The notes beneath the pieces are model-generated. The model ran no database searches, was not told where the DNA came from, and saw only the letters and a program-made list of their open reading frames with translations. A stretch of 64,000 bases of DNA from Takakia lepidozioides. Taxonomy: Eukaryota; Plantae; Bryophyta. The position numbers and the translations under genes were made by a program. The DNA lies in assembly GCA_030704615.1 (NCBI GenBank), contig CM060731.1, positions 34,720,001-34,784,000 of the forward strand. Direction: 5' to 3'. Shown here piece after piece: positions 51,440 through 64,000 of this stretch (position 1 is the first letter of the stretch; each line of letters opens with the position of its first letter).

Positions 51440-53030
51440 CCCTAGGTCTCCAAAGCCTCCATCCCGCGCCCCTTGCTGTACATATCCTGCAATCATCACA
51501 CTCCACAACACCACATGTCGTTCAGCCATACTGTCGAACACTCCCTTTGCATCCTCAATGCACCCACATTTGACATACATATCCACCAGGGCAGTGTTCA
51601 GAATGACATGTGCAATTCCAGATTTGATGATGCCACCATGTATCTCTTTGCCATTTTCCAGGGCTGCCAAGCTTGCACGAGCTTTGCAAACACACAAACG
51701 TGATCTGGTTACACTTCACCCCTTCCCCCATCATTTGCTCATAGGTCTCCAAGGCCTCCATCTCGCACCCCTGCTGTGCATATCCTGCAAGCATGGCATT
51801 CCATGACACCATATCTTGTTCAGCCATACTATCGAACACTCCATTTGCATCCTTGATGCACCCACATTTTGCATACATATCCACCAGCCTCCAGGGTGTT
51901 GTTCAGAATGACATCGGGTACAATCCAACTCTGACAACGTCACCATGGACCTCTTTGCCCTTTTCCAGGGCTACCAAGCTTGCAAATGCACACAAACATG
52001 ATGTGGTTGGACTTCACCCCTTCCCCCATCATTTGATCATAGATCTCCAAAGCCTCCATACCAAGTCACTGTTGTGCATACCCTGCAAGCATCGCGTTCC
52101 ATGACACCACATCTCGTTCAGCCATAGACTTGTTGAAAACTCCCTTCGCATCCTTAATGTACCCACATTTCGCATACATGTCCACCAGGGCAGGGTTCAG
52201 AATGACATCTGGTACAATTCCAGCTTTGACGATGTCACCATGGACCTCCTTCCCCTTTTCCAGAGCTCCCCTACTTGCACACATTACAAACACAAACAAA
52301 TGTGATGTGGTTGGGCTTCACCCCTTTGCGCAGCATTTACTCATAGGTCTCCAAAAGCATTCCTACCACACCCATGCTTGGTAAATCCTGCCAACATTAT
52401 ATTCCACGTGATCAAAGATGGTTGAGGCATTCTGTTGAACACTTGGTGAGCATCCATGATGCTCCCACACTTAACATACATGTTGACAAGGGTGTTGAGT
52501 AGGAAAATATTTGGTGTGAATCCACTGTAGATAATGTGAGTGTGCGCCTACTTTCCAGCTTCCAGACCTTGAATCATCTTGATGCACTTAAGCAAGAGAT
52601 AGACATACGTACCTGAATCTACTGAAATGCCTCATTGGTTTAAAGTCTGTAGAGCCTCTGTCAGTCTGTCTGCCTCACAAAGAATCTTCACATGCCCAGA
52701 AGTGCCAGAAGAGGCATTGTGGACTCCTTCTCTTGATCCTCTTTCAGAAGCTGTGGTCATGGTTGAGGTGCCTGATTTACCAACTGTGCCGCTGCAGCTG
52801 CTGCCTTTAGTTGACCATCTACCCATGTAGGTTTCTTGTGGCTATTGATCCACAGGGAATCATAGGTAATCTTGAGCTTGAAATCTGGCCCTCTTGGATG
52901 AATCTAGATCCACACTCTATCCCTGCACCTTCAGCTATCCTGCCTCTCCACAAATAGTGCATTCATCCTTGCCTTGCTGCTAGCAGCTAACAATGACAGC
53001 CTAGATTTGTTCTAGGAAACACCCAACTTA
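51440..53030 (-). pseudogene. PLS-PPR gene fragment including its 5' region
   Basis: Same motifs as 1515-2581, contiguous with MGRWSTKG…EALQTLNQ. Confidence 0.9.
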
Positions 53031-54516
53031 GCTTATTACACTAGTTCCTATGCTCAATTGCATCTGCTATTCTCTGTAATCCCACAGGCATTCCCCTTTT
53101 TGCCTCGATTGTCCCACCATTGATGACAGCTTCTCCTCGTCTCTGTTACCTGTTTCTGGATACTTTCCTGTTGTCACATTGGCCGTATCATGTCAGTCAC
53201 TCCAAACTATAAAAGGTTCACTCAACCACCTAACTTGCAGAATTCAACATGAAAATTGAAGGACGACTCTGATAACAGGGAAAAATAGGCTGAAATGTGT
53301 TGAAGGTGCCTTCATTAGCAGTGCTTTGTTCTATCAATTGTGTTGTTGTCGCTTCTGTTTCCAGTTGACCATCTACCCTGCAGATTTCTTGTAGCTATTG
53401 ATCCACAGGGAATCAGAAGTAATCTTAGGTTTGAAACCCGGTCCTCTTGGATGAATCTAGACCTCTGTCCCTAGTCCTTCAGCTATCCCTGCTTGTGTAG
53501 AAAATCATGAATACATCTCAGCCTTGCTGCTAGCAGCTGACTGACGGCGTGACCTTCTTCCAGCAAACCCCAACCCTAAGGATAAGAAGGCAAAACAGAC
53601 TGCCAAAAGTTTGAAGAAGAAGGTGCTCACCACATTGTCCTTGACCTTGTGTCATGATGCATGGAGGATTTAACCAACCATCAACCCAAAATGACCTCAT
53701 GTGTGCTGCTTGTGTCTGTAGTCAGGTAATGTCGGATTGGTCAGACTGGACAAGTGTTCATTCCACCGCTTCTCCTCATTCTGTTATTTGTTTTTAGATA
53801 CTTTCTTGCTACCACATTGGCAGAAACTTGTCAAGTCACCCCAAACCACCCATAGATCCACCCAATGAGCTAACTTACAACATGCAATATGCATCTCAGG
53901 GCCGAGTCTGATGAGAGGGCAAAACAGGCTGAAATAGGTGGAAGAAGAAGGTGCCCTCACCACATTTCCTCGACCTTGTGACATGACCCATGGAGGATTT
54001 GACTGACCATGAACCCAAGAGGACCTCTTGTGTGTACTGCTTGTGTCTGAGTCAGATAATGTCGAATTGGTCTGTGAGAACCGCCACGGTGCAGCTGAGC
54101 GGGTAGAGATTGAAACACGGCCTGCTAAGACCAAGCTGACTCTCCCAAGAACCTTGTAAACATCAGGAAGAATACCAAATCATGGTAGTAACAGGAGCCA
54201 AGAGCCCACCTTTGCAGGATGGACAACACACCTTGTGATTGCGGTTGTCCCACCATCGTGAAGGATCTTTTATAAAACTCATGCCAGCTCACATCACGAA
54301 CGAGCTAACTTGCAGAACTCTACATGAAATTTTAGGGACGACTCTGATAACAGGGCAAAACAGGGTGAAATGTGCTGAAGAAGGTACCTTCATTAGCAGC
54401 AAATTGTTCTATCAATTGTGCTGCTGCCACTTCTGTTTCCAGGATGACATCTGGTACAATTCCAGCTTTGACAATGTCACTATGGACCTCTTTCCTCTTT
54501 CCCAGAGCTCCCAGCT
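53030..54516 (-). repeat. Mosaic of diverged PPR 5'-region modules
   Basis: Module TTTCTTGT.GCTATTGATCCA…GCTAGCAGCT occurs at ~52830, ~53385 and ~56362. Module CTAACTT.CA…AGG.TGAAAT occurs at ~53230, ~53870, ~54305 and ~56617. Confidence 0.8.
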
Positions 54517-56273
54517 ACGTGTAAGGAAGGCTGACAAAGAGTGGTCAACGAGGACATCTCAATAGCTGCTTGTTGGTCTGAAACCCCAGAATGGGATCAG
54601 CAGGGTTTATACCCACTCTTTTTATCTTATCCTACACAGTACAAAGAACAGTGCTTGTTTCTGTGATTAATTCAGGCCTGGTACTCACAAAAACTATTGT
54701 GAATTGGGGAGTCATACAACCATGACACCGCTAATCAGATGAAAGACACTTCAACACTGGATTCGGCAGACCAAAACAGTCATGGGCACACATAACACAA
54801 CACAGTTACATGAGGGAATGAATTCATATATGTGACTGCTCCGCACAGTACGCAGCCCTGCCAGGCAGGGCCCAGACCTACACAGATACATTCACTCGAT
54901 AACCTTTACACATCCTAAAAAAGAAACTGAACTCCTAAACATACACAACTATTCGAGAGGCCAAATTAGCAAACACCCAGACATGACATGGGCAGACATG
55001 GTCAATACAAGAGAGGGCCAAACATTTCAGCCCACTATACAATCCATCACTCATTCCAGGCAGGTAACACATATGAAAGAAAACACACACAAGGATCATT
55101 AAGGACCAATTTCAAAAGGGAAGGATTAACATACATACATGAGTCGAGAATATGCAGACATGTATAGCAGCAACATGTGCAGCAAGTGTTTGGAAGCCAT
55201 GACCATGCTGCATAAATCTGACTTAGTGCGTAGCCTCAGTTAACCCACTGGATGTCACCAAAGGCAAGATTGGACTTTCAGAAATGAGGCATGCTGCAAA
55301 TTTGAAGTTCGAAGCTATGGAGACCAATTTGAACTCCCCTATAAACACCAAAGCACCCTATGTCTAATCATGGAAAACCTGGCTTTCGTACCACAAATTT
55401 ATGATGGCTAAAAATGAAGGCATAAGTTGTCCACCACGATACTTCCTCTACATTTCGAAGGTGAAGGGAATGGATGTGTTTCATAAGGTTTAATTTATCA
55501 ATGTTAGTATCCTGCAGAATTCTAGGACTCAATCAACCCAGGGAAAACGTGGATGTGGAAAATTCCTTAAATAGGTAGAGCCCCAAAAGGCGCATCACAT
55601 TTCTGGAAATCAGTCAAAGTTTCAAGGATTTTGCCGGTCTAGACAGCGAGAATGCTACTGGATACATACTGTGAACGTGCCACTCCAAGAGCCAACATTG
55701 AGTTGAATATACTGTTCTAGCGTGGCTAAGCCCATAGCTCTATCATTCTCTCCCTCTTCATCTCCATTACTATGCGCAGCAGCCTCAGACGACACAGCTT
55801 GGCTGCAACGGATGCAAAGAGGCTCACGCTTCCTCCTCCTCCTTACAAAACCTCGAGGCCTGAGGAAGATTTCCCTTGCAGTCCTCTCAACATTAATCCT
55901 ACACTGTTGTTGAGTCTTCGATAGCCGCACGCTGAATCCATGGCAACCAAAAAAGGAAAAAATGTACCCCCTAAAACACTAAGTCTGGAGAATTGAACAT
56001 CAAAATCAATAGACTGGGGAGCAGTCTACTTGCACAAGTAAGATTCACAGCAACAAATTTCCGGCCTGAATAACTACCTGCTGATGATGCTTTGCAAACC
56101 TCCAAAAAACTGGCACTCACTATTCAGTGGGTACCTGTGATACTGTTTGTAGTTGCAACAATGCCATAGAGATCCTCACTTAGGGCACCAGAGAGAAACA
56201 CTGGTGAAAACTACAAACTCCAAAGTAGAATTCAATTCTGTGGAGAGCCTGAGTGGGTGAAAACAACACATGT
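54517..56273 (-). pseudogene. Captured 5' end of a DUF3598-like gene (upstream DNA, exon 1 ~55941-55670, part of intron 1)
   Basis: A transit-peptide-like stretch, then LATLEQYIQLNVGSWSGTFT, is followed by a GTATGT donor. The segment is absent from copy 1. The family call is from motif recall (NxGxWxGsF). Confidence 0.6.
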
Positions 56274-56699
56274 GGGTGTTGAGTAGAATTTTTTTTGGCG
56301 TGAATCTACTTTGGATAATGTGAGTGTGCATCTGTTTTCCAGCTTCCAGACCTTCCACGCAGGTTTCTTGTAGCTATTGATCCAAGGAATCATAAGTAAT
56401 CTTGGCCCTCTTGGATGAATCTGGACCCACTCTCTATCCCTGCTCCTTTAGCTATCTTTGCCTTTGCACAAATCATGCACACATCTTTGTCTTGCAGCTA
56501 GCAGCTGACAATGACAGCCTAGATCTGTTCCAACAAACACCCTAACCCTACTTATCACACAAGTTCCTATACTGACTTGCGCTTCCAACAGGCATTCACT
56601 TTTTTGTACCAACGAGCTAACTTGCAGAATTCAACCTAAAAATTTAGGGACAACTCTGATAACAGGGAAAACAGGCTGAAATGTGTTGAAGAAGGTGCT

Positions 56700-57420
56700 C
56701 ATAGGTCTTGTTTTGCAGTGTAATGAAATGCACCCCAAAACTCCTGGAATGAGACAGAGAAAGCCTCCATCTCGCGCCCTTGCTGTATATATCATGCAGT
56801 CATCGCACTCCACGACACCACATCTCGTTCAGCCATACTGTTGAACACTCCCTTTGCACCCTCGATGCACCCACATTTTACATACATGTCCACGAGTACT
56901 GTTCAGAATGACATCGGGTACAATTCCAGCTCTGACAATGTCACCATGGACCTCTTTGCCCTTTTCCCGGGCTGCCAGGCTAACGCATGCATTGCAAATG
57001 CAATCAAACGTGATGTGGTCAGGCTTCACCCCTTCCGCCATCATTTGATCGTAGGTCTCAAAAGCCTCCTTCCCGCGGCCTTGCTGTGCATACCTTGTAA
57101 GCATCGTTCAGCCACACTGTTGCAAACTCCCTTCACATCCTCGATGCACCCACATTTCGCATACATGTCCACAAGGGTGATATTGCAAACTTAAACGAAT
57201 GTGACCCGGTCCGGCTTCACCCCTTCCCGCATTATTTGCTCATACGTCTCCGAAGCCTCTATATCACGCCCCCACTGTGCATATCCCTGCCCTTCCTACA
57301 TCATTTGCTTAAGAATAAGCTCAAGAAAACTGCATCAGTGCTCAAGAATAGGTCGCAAAGCCTCAACCCCACCCCCCTGCATTGCATATCTTGCGATCGT
57401 CCCGTTCCATGATATAAGTT
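56700..57420 (-). pseudogene. PLS-PPR fragment block in copy 2
   Basis: Translates YAQQGRGKEAFETYDQMMAEGVKPDHITF…. Homologous to 6040-6700. Confidence 0.88.
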
Positions 57421-58657
57421 CTCCCTGCTTCGGCTCGATACTACGAAAACATATGGTAGCGCGAGAGACAAAAAGATGCTAAGTCCCAGCCCCGTGTGTT
57501 CACGGCTGAACGTGGGCAACCCTAAAGCATTTTTTTTGAATTTTTGAATTTTTTGTACTTTGTGTCATTCCATCGACACAAGTCCTTTGTTAAAGATAGA
57601 TGGATAAGGTCATCCAATGGATGAACCCATTCATGTATATGCCTTAAGATGCCACGTGTAGTGATGTAGTCATATAAACATAGATGTGAAACCTACTGTA
57701 GTCATGTAGTCATAAGCTTCTATGGCATGTCATCAATGTGTAGTAGTGATGTAGTCATTTAGTCATAGGCTTATATGGCACGTGTCTGACGTGTAGTATT
57801 GCGTATGACGACTAGTTATATAAACTAAGCATGTGTTCTTGGTCAACAATGTTTGACCACAGCTCCTAGTCATGTAGTAACATGTATGACTTCATTAGAT
57901 TAAAATATATTAAAATGCGCCCAACAATGGGTTTCATCCCTATGTAGTCACATATATAGTCATGGTTACCAAGGTTTATATTATCCGTAGTCATAAAAAC
58001 GACAATCTGTACTAGTGACTGGCCAATCTCACGTCCTCTGGTATCCTATTAGCGAGGGTTTTATAGCACTTGGAAGAATACGTGAAAGCTTTCGGAGCCT
58101 CTGGATCATGAAATCTGTCTAGCTCATGAAACGATATCAATAAATGTCTAATTTGCAGTGGAACCCTAGCTACCAACCATCCCACATGTCATACCCCGTC
58201 AGAATCCAATTGTGTCAGTATGTTCCCCCTCTGACGATCATCTGTCTAGCTGGGATGCAAGCACGACCAATGACTATGTCAAAGCCATGAAAATCATCCA
58301 CACTCTCAGCATGAAGGTTACTGTCACTAAAAATCCGCCAATCCCGGTCAGCATCCTCAAAGCAACGAACCAAAAAAAGAGTATCCTGGCCTGGAGGAGC
58401 TTTGACTCCATGAATGATGTCAATGGTGACATGGAAAACTAGCACCGACACAATATCACCACTGCCCCGCCGATGATAGTTAAACAACAGATGCTCTAAT
58501 GCATGTCGCAAGGGGGCTGCCCTCCAATGCCAAGCTCATTCTACTCTTTCATAGTCTTCCTACTGAGAGTAGTAAGCTGCAGAAGTTCTCATCCTTAGAA
58601 AGTTGTTTGTGTGAGGTGTGTTTAATGCGAGAATTCAAAATAATTGTTAGCTTGGCT

Positions 58658-58913
58658 ATGCGCAGTCATGACTTGATGGGTGCGATAGTGTTGTTGTTTT
58701 TTATACTACTCAATTTGGTTGTGACTCCAAGCTTGGCTATATCTACAACGTGTCCAAAAGAGGCTATCTTTACGTTTGGTGACTCCCTTAGTGACACGAG
58801 CAACAATGGATTAGCATTTCCAGCACTTTTGAGCCCGCCTTATGGCGAAAGCTTTGATTTTCATCATCCACCAAGCCGCTACTCCAATGGTCGCCTTGTC
58901 ATCGACTTCATTG
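58658..58913 (+). pseudogene. GDSL esterase/lipase first exon with no recognisable downstream exons
   Basis: Has a signal peptide, [16 protein letters not shown] and [11 protein letters not shown], followed by a GTAATG donor. Confidence 0.75.
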
Positions 58914-61900
58914 GTAATGCTTAAACCAAAAATACATCGTGTATGTGTAATTTAGTTTGGCAAGTGAGGGCTCACTAGGTGAGTATATTTCCTTTACATT
59001 ATTTGGATTGATGTAAGGAAACAGAATTGCTACATATGACTCTGAATACATCTCTGAACCCTCATTTGGGATGATATATACTTTACGGAGGCCTTCTATA
59101 AGATTGTTGCGAAGTTTTTTATGACAAAAATATCTAAATCGTCTTACTAATTTCAATGCGAACCCACAAATGATTGCATAAGGTCTATTTTTGCTTGACA
59201 CGAGCATGGTGAATTGTTGGATTTTGCATTCCCAGCACATGAGGGCAATTGGTGTTAGCCTTAGGCATTTCTACTTAATCTGGATGCTAGGGCTCTCGAG
59301 ATCGGTGATTTTTTGGTGTTGATATAGTGTAAAGTGCATGGTTGCGACATTGGATGAATGTGGGATTTTGAAGGCTAGTGCAAGTTTGTGTTTGACTGTA
59401 AATTTGGGTTTGATTTCTGCACAGGTGCAATTTATTTTGGAATCTAATTTATCCGTAGATGAACCATATCAACCTTTGCTACAAACATTAATTGTATTGG
59501 TGGTGATTTGAGTCGGTGAAGGAAGATGATCCAAGGAGTACCCAACATATCAACAAACCTATGATGTTGATAAGACACTCATAGAATAAGGTTGAACATA
59601 GTTTAGGATAACATTCATTAACCATGGACGAGCCACATGTCAATGCAACACATATGTAACACATAAAGTATTCTTATAACTCACCTGAAGTGTAGCTGAT
59701 TGCCTTCTCACATGGGAATCCTAGATGTATTTTAGCACAGATTTAATTCGGGGTGAAGGTTGTAATAATGTTATACACAACGTGTGTATCCCACCATACC
59801 TGTTTTTTTGTCATTCTGATCTTAGATGCACCCATATGAGAACCATTTCAAGTAAAGAAGTTGATGGTCGTAATTATCTTGGTATATGATTTGAATTCAA
59901 AGTAGCACAAAACATTCAACAAGAATCTCAATGCAGATAAGAGTCTGCTGGAAATGCACTGACCAGTTCTATACTAGCCTTCACCTATGTGTATTTTAAA
60001 TACCGACATATACATTATATACATACATGAAGGGGTATTAAAAATAACTGATTATATACATATTTTAGGGATTAATATAATGAATAAAAGTAGTGTTTTG
60101 GTACCTATTGTGGAGTGAGGTTTTGCGGGTTCGATTCTCGATCAGCAGTCACACTTTTTTGCCCTTTGCGCCAATGACTTCGCTTTAATGACATTTTACA
60201 TATCATATTTAAGAATATACATAAGTAAAAATATTTATTAGATTATAAATAACACTCGAATACATATAGAGATGTATTATTATTTCTAACGGTATTAATT
60301 TGTATAATTACTGTATGGAAGTTTTTTAATTCAAAAAATATGTATCCATATGATAAAATCATGAAATAATCTATATACAAAGGTACTTGTAATTGATGAT
60401 GATATATATGATAAGTGTGCACCCCCATTGAACCATTGACCGTACGTTGGAACAAAATTAATTCTATAACTAGATTAGAGACACGTTCGACCAATTTTGT
60501 TTTTGGTGTGTTTGGATGACAGCTTATGGTAGACTGTAATCCAATGAAAAGGGATGAGTGTGATTTTTTGGGCCAATTTTAATTGTATGTTTCCTCTATA
60601 ATTTGAATAACCAATCATGTTTTTCTTTGTTGCAAGTTGTATTTCTTGATGAAAATGATAAAACATTGGAAAATTGTGTTACACAAATATCCTCAATCTG
60701 GAGGAATGATGTTACTGCACTAATATCTCCACATCTGCTGCTAAAGTTTTAGCGTTCCCTGCCCTGAAAAACAAAATAGTCGTATAACTAAAATCTGATG
60801 TGACAAAGTCTGGTGGAATATTGGTAAGGAGAAGAACTGGTGGGCGGTAAGGGATCTACCTTGGTTATCCGTGGATGAAAACGGCCGCGACCCTATTCGG
60901 GTCGCGCCGGCCTTTAGGGGTTAATAAGAGAGAGCCAACAAGTTTTAGTCGCAAGAGGGGTTTTTGTGTCGAATTCTGTATTGAAATTATTTATAATTCA
61001 CTGTAATGTGTTCACTATCTTTTATTGACACAACTACTTGTGAGTTGTTCTGTTCACATAGGTTCTCCCCTACACATCAATGCCACAACTTAGTCTGATC
61101 CTGTTGTACCTTCCCCAAGCAACAACTCTAAATTTCTAAGACAAACCCTTGGGCTCACAGAGAGGCATACTTTTTTGGCATGCACTCCAAGAAAAGTTTT
61201 TTTTGTTTTCGGTTTATGGTTTTTGTAATGAAAGTAGCTCATAATTACAAATATTTTGGATGAAACATTAAACCAAATATAGATAGATATATTATAGTCA
61301 AAAATAATAATAATATATATTAAATATATATTAAAATAGTGAACCTCGTAATAGCTCTTTTGACTCATGAATGCCAAAGTTTGGTTCTGGTAATAATTGT
61401 ATAAATATGATTTTCCAACGTGCCCAGCCAAAAAACAAAATTATCTGTGTAAGTTCCAGAGACATCCAGCTATTTATCAATGTTCGAAAGTATTCTATCT
61501 GAACTGAAAAGGTCAGGACCTGGCATGGAAGAAACATAAAATATGTAGAACTTTTTTTTCTTAAAGAACATAAAACCAATGTAGAGTTTCCGTCCCCTGT
61601 TATTAAGAGGAAAAACCATTACTGAATCCATTTAAGAAAAGAAAAAAGAAGCATAGAATGTCAAGGAAGTGGACTCATTCAAAAAATGCAGAAAGTAAAG
61701 TTGACATCCCACAGTTCGCCTGTCGTCCTTTTCGCCGGCACAACACCTTCCGGCCACCACCCCCTGGACTCAGTCTTGGATGAATAATGGAACCAATCGG
61801 ATGTCTTCTGTGATATCGCATCTGCCTTTCACAATTTGAAGGCAAACTCCCAAATATAACAAAATAGCCAACCGTACGTTTTTTCTTGCACCGTACGTTT

Positions 61901-63036
61901 CAATATTAATTATTATTTAATTTAATCAACTACTATTTTGACAAAGGCAGGCTAGGCCCTACCCTTTTGTCGACAGTGAGTCATCGAGGGTCCAGTCTAA
62001 TATAATCCACCCTTTTAACACAACAAAACAAGGGTGGTCGGGTGACAACCACCCGGGATCGTGACCGGCAGAGTAAGCGGTAGCCAGCAGGACACGCGGC
62101 GACGGTGGTGCTGACGACCAGTTACATGTGCGAGTCACCTCGCCGTCGGATCCAATAAGATCGTCTCTGACAGATAATCGAGACCCTCCAGATGGCCCAG
62201 TAGCAGTATACAGGACGACCATGAACATAAACCGGACCTTTCTCACTCTCATTTACTTTTACCGAATGTCGGTGTAAGGAAAAAGTTTCAGTTAGCTGCA
62301 AGTGGTTTAGGTTTAGTAGGGCATGGACTCGGCGCCCTCCGTTAAGCGACGTAAATTAATAAATAGCAAAAAAGAGAATAAGTATAGAATTTGAAATATT
62401 CAGCTATATTTAGCCACGGGCGAAACGCCGCTGGTCGGGACCACCGATGAACGCTTTCCGTTAGTCAGCGCCGCGAATGGAATCTGTTGACCGACGGAGA
62501 TGGCCCGGTAGGTAACGACGGTAGGGGTGGTTGTCGGACGGATGGAAGATTTCTTTCCCGTAGCCCTAGTTTGAAGAAGGACGAATGGATTTAAAGAGAG
62601 CAGGACGGATGATAATCAGCTGGTGTTGGGTAAATGGGGGATTTTACCGTTTGTAGTTCAAAATTGCGGGCACGGGCAGGTTACTAGTGAGGGGAGGAGA
62701 GGGTGGCGCTGGCGTCAGTCGTCTCTTTCCCCCAGGGCCTTTTCCTCGCTGTGGACCCACTGGACCCACCATCGCTGGAGGCCGCACTGTCTGGTTGCGA
62801 CCTGGTTGCGTGTTGTGGAGCTGGAGAAGAAGCTCACAATCATTCGCTTGCTTCAGATTCACATGCGCTGGTCCCAATTGTCTACTCATGTTCACTGGGC
62901 CGCATTGTTTGGGCTTGGCTACAGTGGTGGACTCGCAGCATTCCGATCTCCGTCTATGTGTTTTCCTCTCCCAAACTCTCTGTTTGGTGCTAAGGTGCTT
63001 GCTTTGAAGTAACTGCATAAGGAGGAGCGGGGAGTG

Positions 63037-63166
63037 ATGGCAGCTGCCGGCCCGCCGGTCACTGTGGTAGTAGCGCCACCGATCATCAAACCAGAGGAGC
63101 TGCACCACCATGCGCTTGAGCAGCTGCCTGGCCTGGCCTACTGCATCAATGATAATCCTCGCTGGG
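63037..63166 (+). CDS. Nucleobase-ascorbate transporter (NAT/NCS2), exon 1; gene presumably continues beyond the window
   Basis: Translates M…KPEELHHHALEQLPGLAYCINDNPRW, followed by a GTGAGT donor. Confidence 0.82.
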
Positions 63167-64000
63167 GTGAGTGCTTCCTGATTGCATTTGGGTTCTGCTG
63201 AGAAGGAACATAAACTGTGAATTCATTCCCTCATCGATTGCTGAGGTAGTCCCGTGACACTGTGTCATGGTTTAGCTCAGTTTCCAGGTTCAGGACAGGT
63301 CAGGGTCGGGTTTCGAATCTCGCGGCTAGACTGATTCACTCCAAATCCTCCAATTGTCGGGTCCTTTTGACACGCCAGTATTCTTCAGGAAATTTCCCTT
63401 AGATTGATGTAACCGTTTGAACAACGTATGCTGCTTGAAGGTGCAAGACGATGATAATTCTGACAATTGGATATACATTGAAATTCCGATGGGTTTTTCT
63501 TCCGTGTTGAAGAAGCATTATTCGTTTCTCCGGAAAATCTGCACTTCTGTTCCTTCCTGTCTCATCTGGGTGTCTTCTCTATCGTGCTGCCCACTCCTGA
63601 GCATGCATTCTGAGCTTCCCCAGCATGGGATCATGTGAACTGCTGCCTGTCTGTCCCTCTCTCCCCTCCCCTTGAACTTCGTTTGCTCGGGCTTTCTGTT
63701 CACACTGAAGTTACTCAAAAACCCTCGGTCACTTTCCAGCTTGTCGAGTTCACTGCAGTCATTGCAGGTCTTGCAACACGGGTATTCGATTGCGTCATGG
63801 GAATTGTGCTCCAATGTTTGGACCTGTCATCTTCTTCTTATGCCTTTGGGTGCAAGCTTACGACAGCCATATACTTTAAAGCCGGTATAAAGTTCGGGGA
63901 CCTGTCATAAGGCGGGCCCCCTTAGGTCCTCATGACTTATCCGAGGAATTTCATTTTATGGAACCTTGCTCAGTACACTTGAGGCGATCCCCCTCTCTGG

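Larger units (their letters stand above)
50520..58017 (-). mobile_element. Non-autonomous Pack-CACTA DNA transposon, copy 2
   Basis: Ends are CACTAGTACAGATTATCG… and …CGACAATCTGTACTAGTG, with TSD ACT at 50517-50519 and 58018-58020. The arms are near-identical to 611-7292 but the interior differs. Confidence 0.95.
50211..58188 (-). pseudogene. Unknown ORF split by Pack-CACTA copy 2 (parts 58188-58018 and 50516-50211)
   Basis: Removing the element and one TSD copy restores a stop-free frame: …KCYKTLANRIPEDVRLA|SLAKAKNMSVIDLADHLDSMINRRNF…. Confidence 0.6.

Noticed and set aside
611-58017. One 57-kb composite transposon carrying the host genes
   Set aside because: Each copy has its own matching TSD (CCT vs ACT), indicating independent insertions.

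Overview
This is eukaryotic nuclear DNA from a land plant, probably a non-seed lineage (inference from gene content and TE types). The gene-rich core holds a 20-exon xylose isomerase (19.4-27.0 kb, +), a PADRE/DUF4228 gene (32.5-34.0 kb, +), an F-box protein with an animal-type FBA (Fbs1/FBXO6-like) domain (35.1-37.4 kb, -), a head-to-head biotin-protein ligase HCS (37.7-42.2 kb, +), an orphan GDSL-lipase first exon, and exon 1 of a nucleobase-ascorbate transporter at the right edge. The most striking structure is a pair of non-autonomous Pack-CACTA transposons (611-7292, TSD CCT; 50520-58017, TSD ACT). They have near-identical ends and a shared backbone of broken PLS-PPR pieces, but different captured host-gene cargo: WEB1/PMI2-like exons with introns, a HOTHEAD-like GMC exon, a DUF3598-like exon and an OSB PDF-motif snippet. 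All identified cargo is co-oriented, and several capture junctions resolve to the base. A third, decayed relative (~45.9-47.7 kb) retains a TnpA/Tnp1-like fragment where the cargo sits in the other two. Also present are a full-length defective chromoviral Ty3/gypsy element (9473-16926, TSD CAATG) whose 3' LTR carries a 497-bp foreign gag fragment, a probable solo LTR, and several tRNA-derived SINEs. All calls are by eye; no database searches were run.
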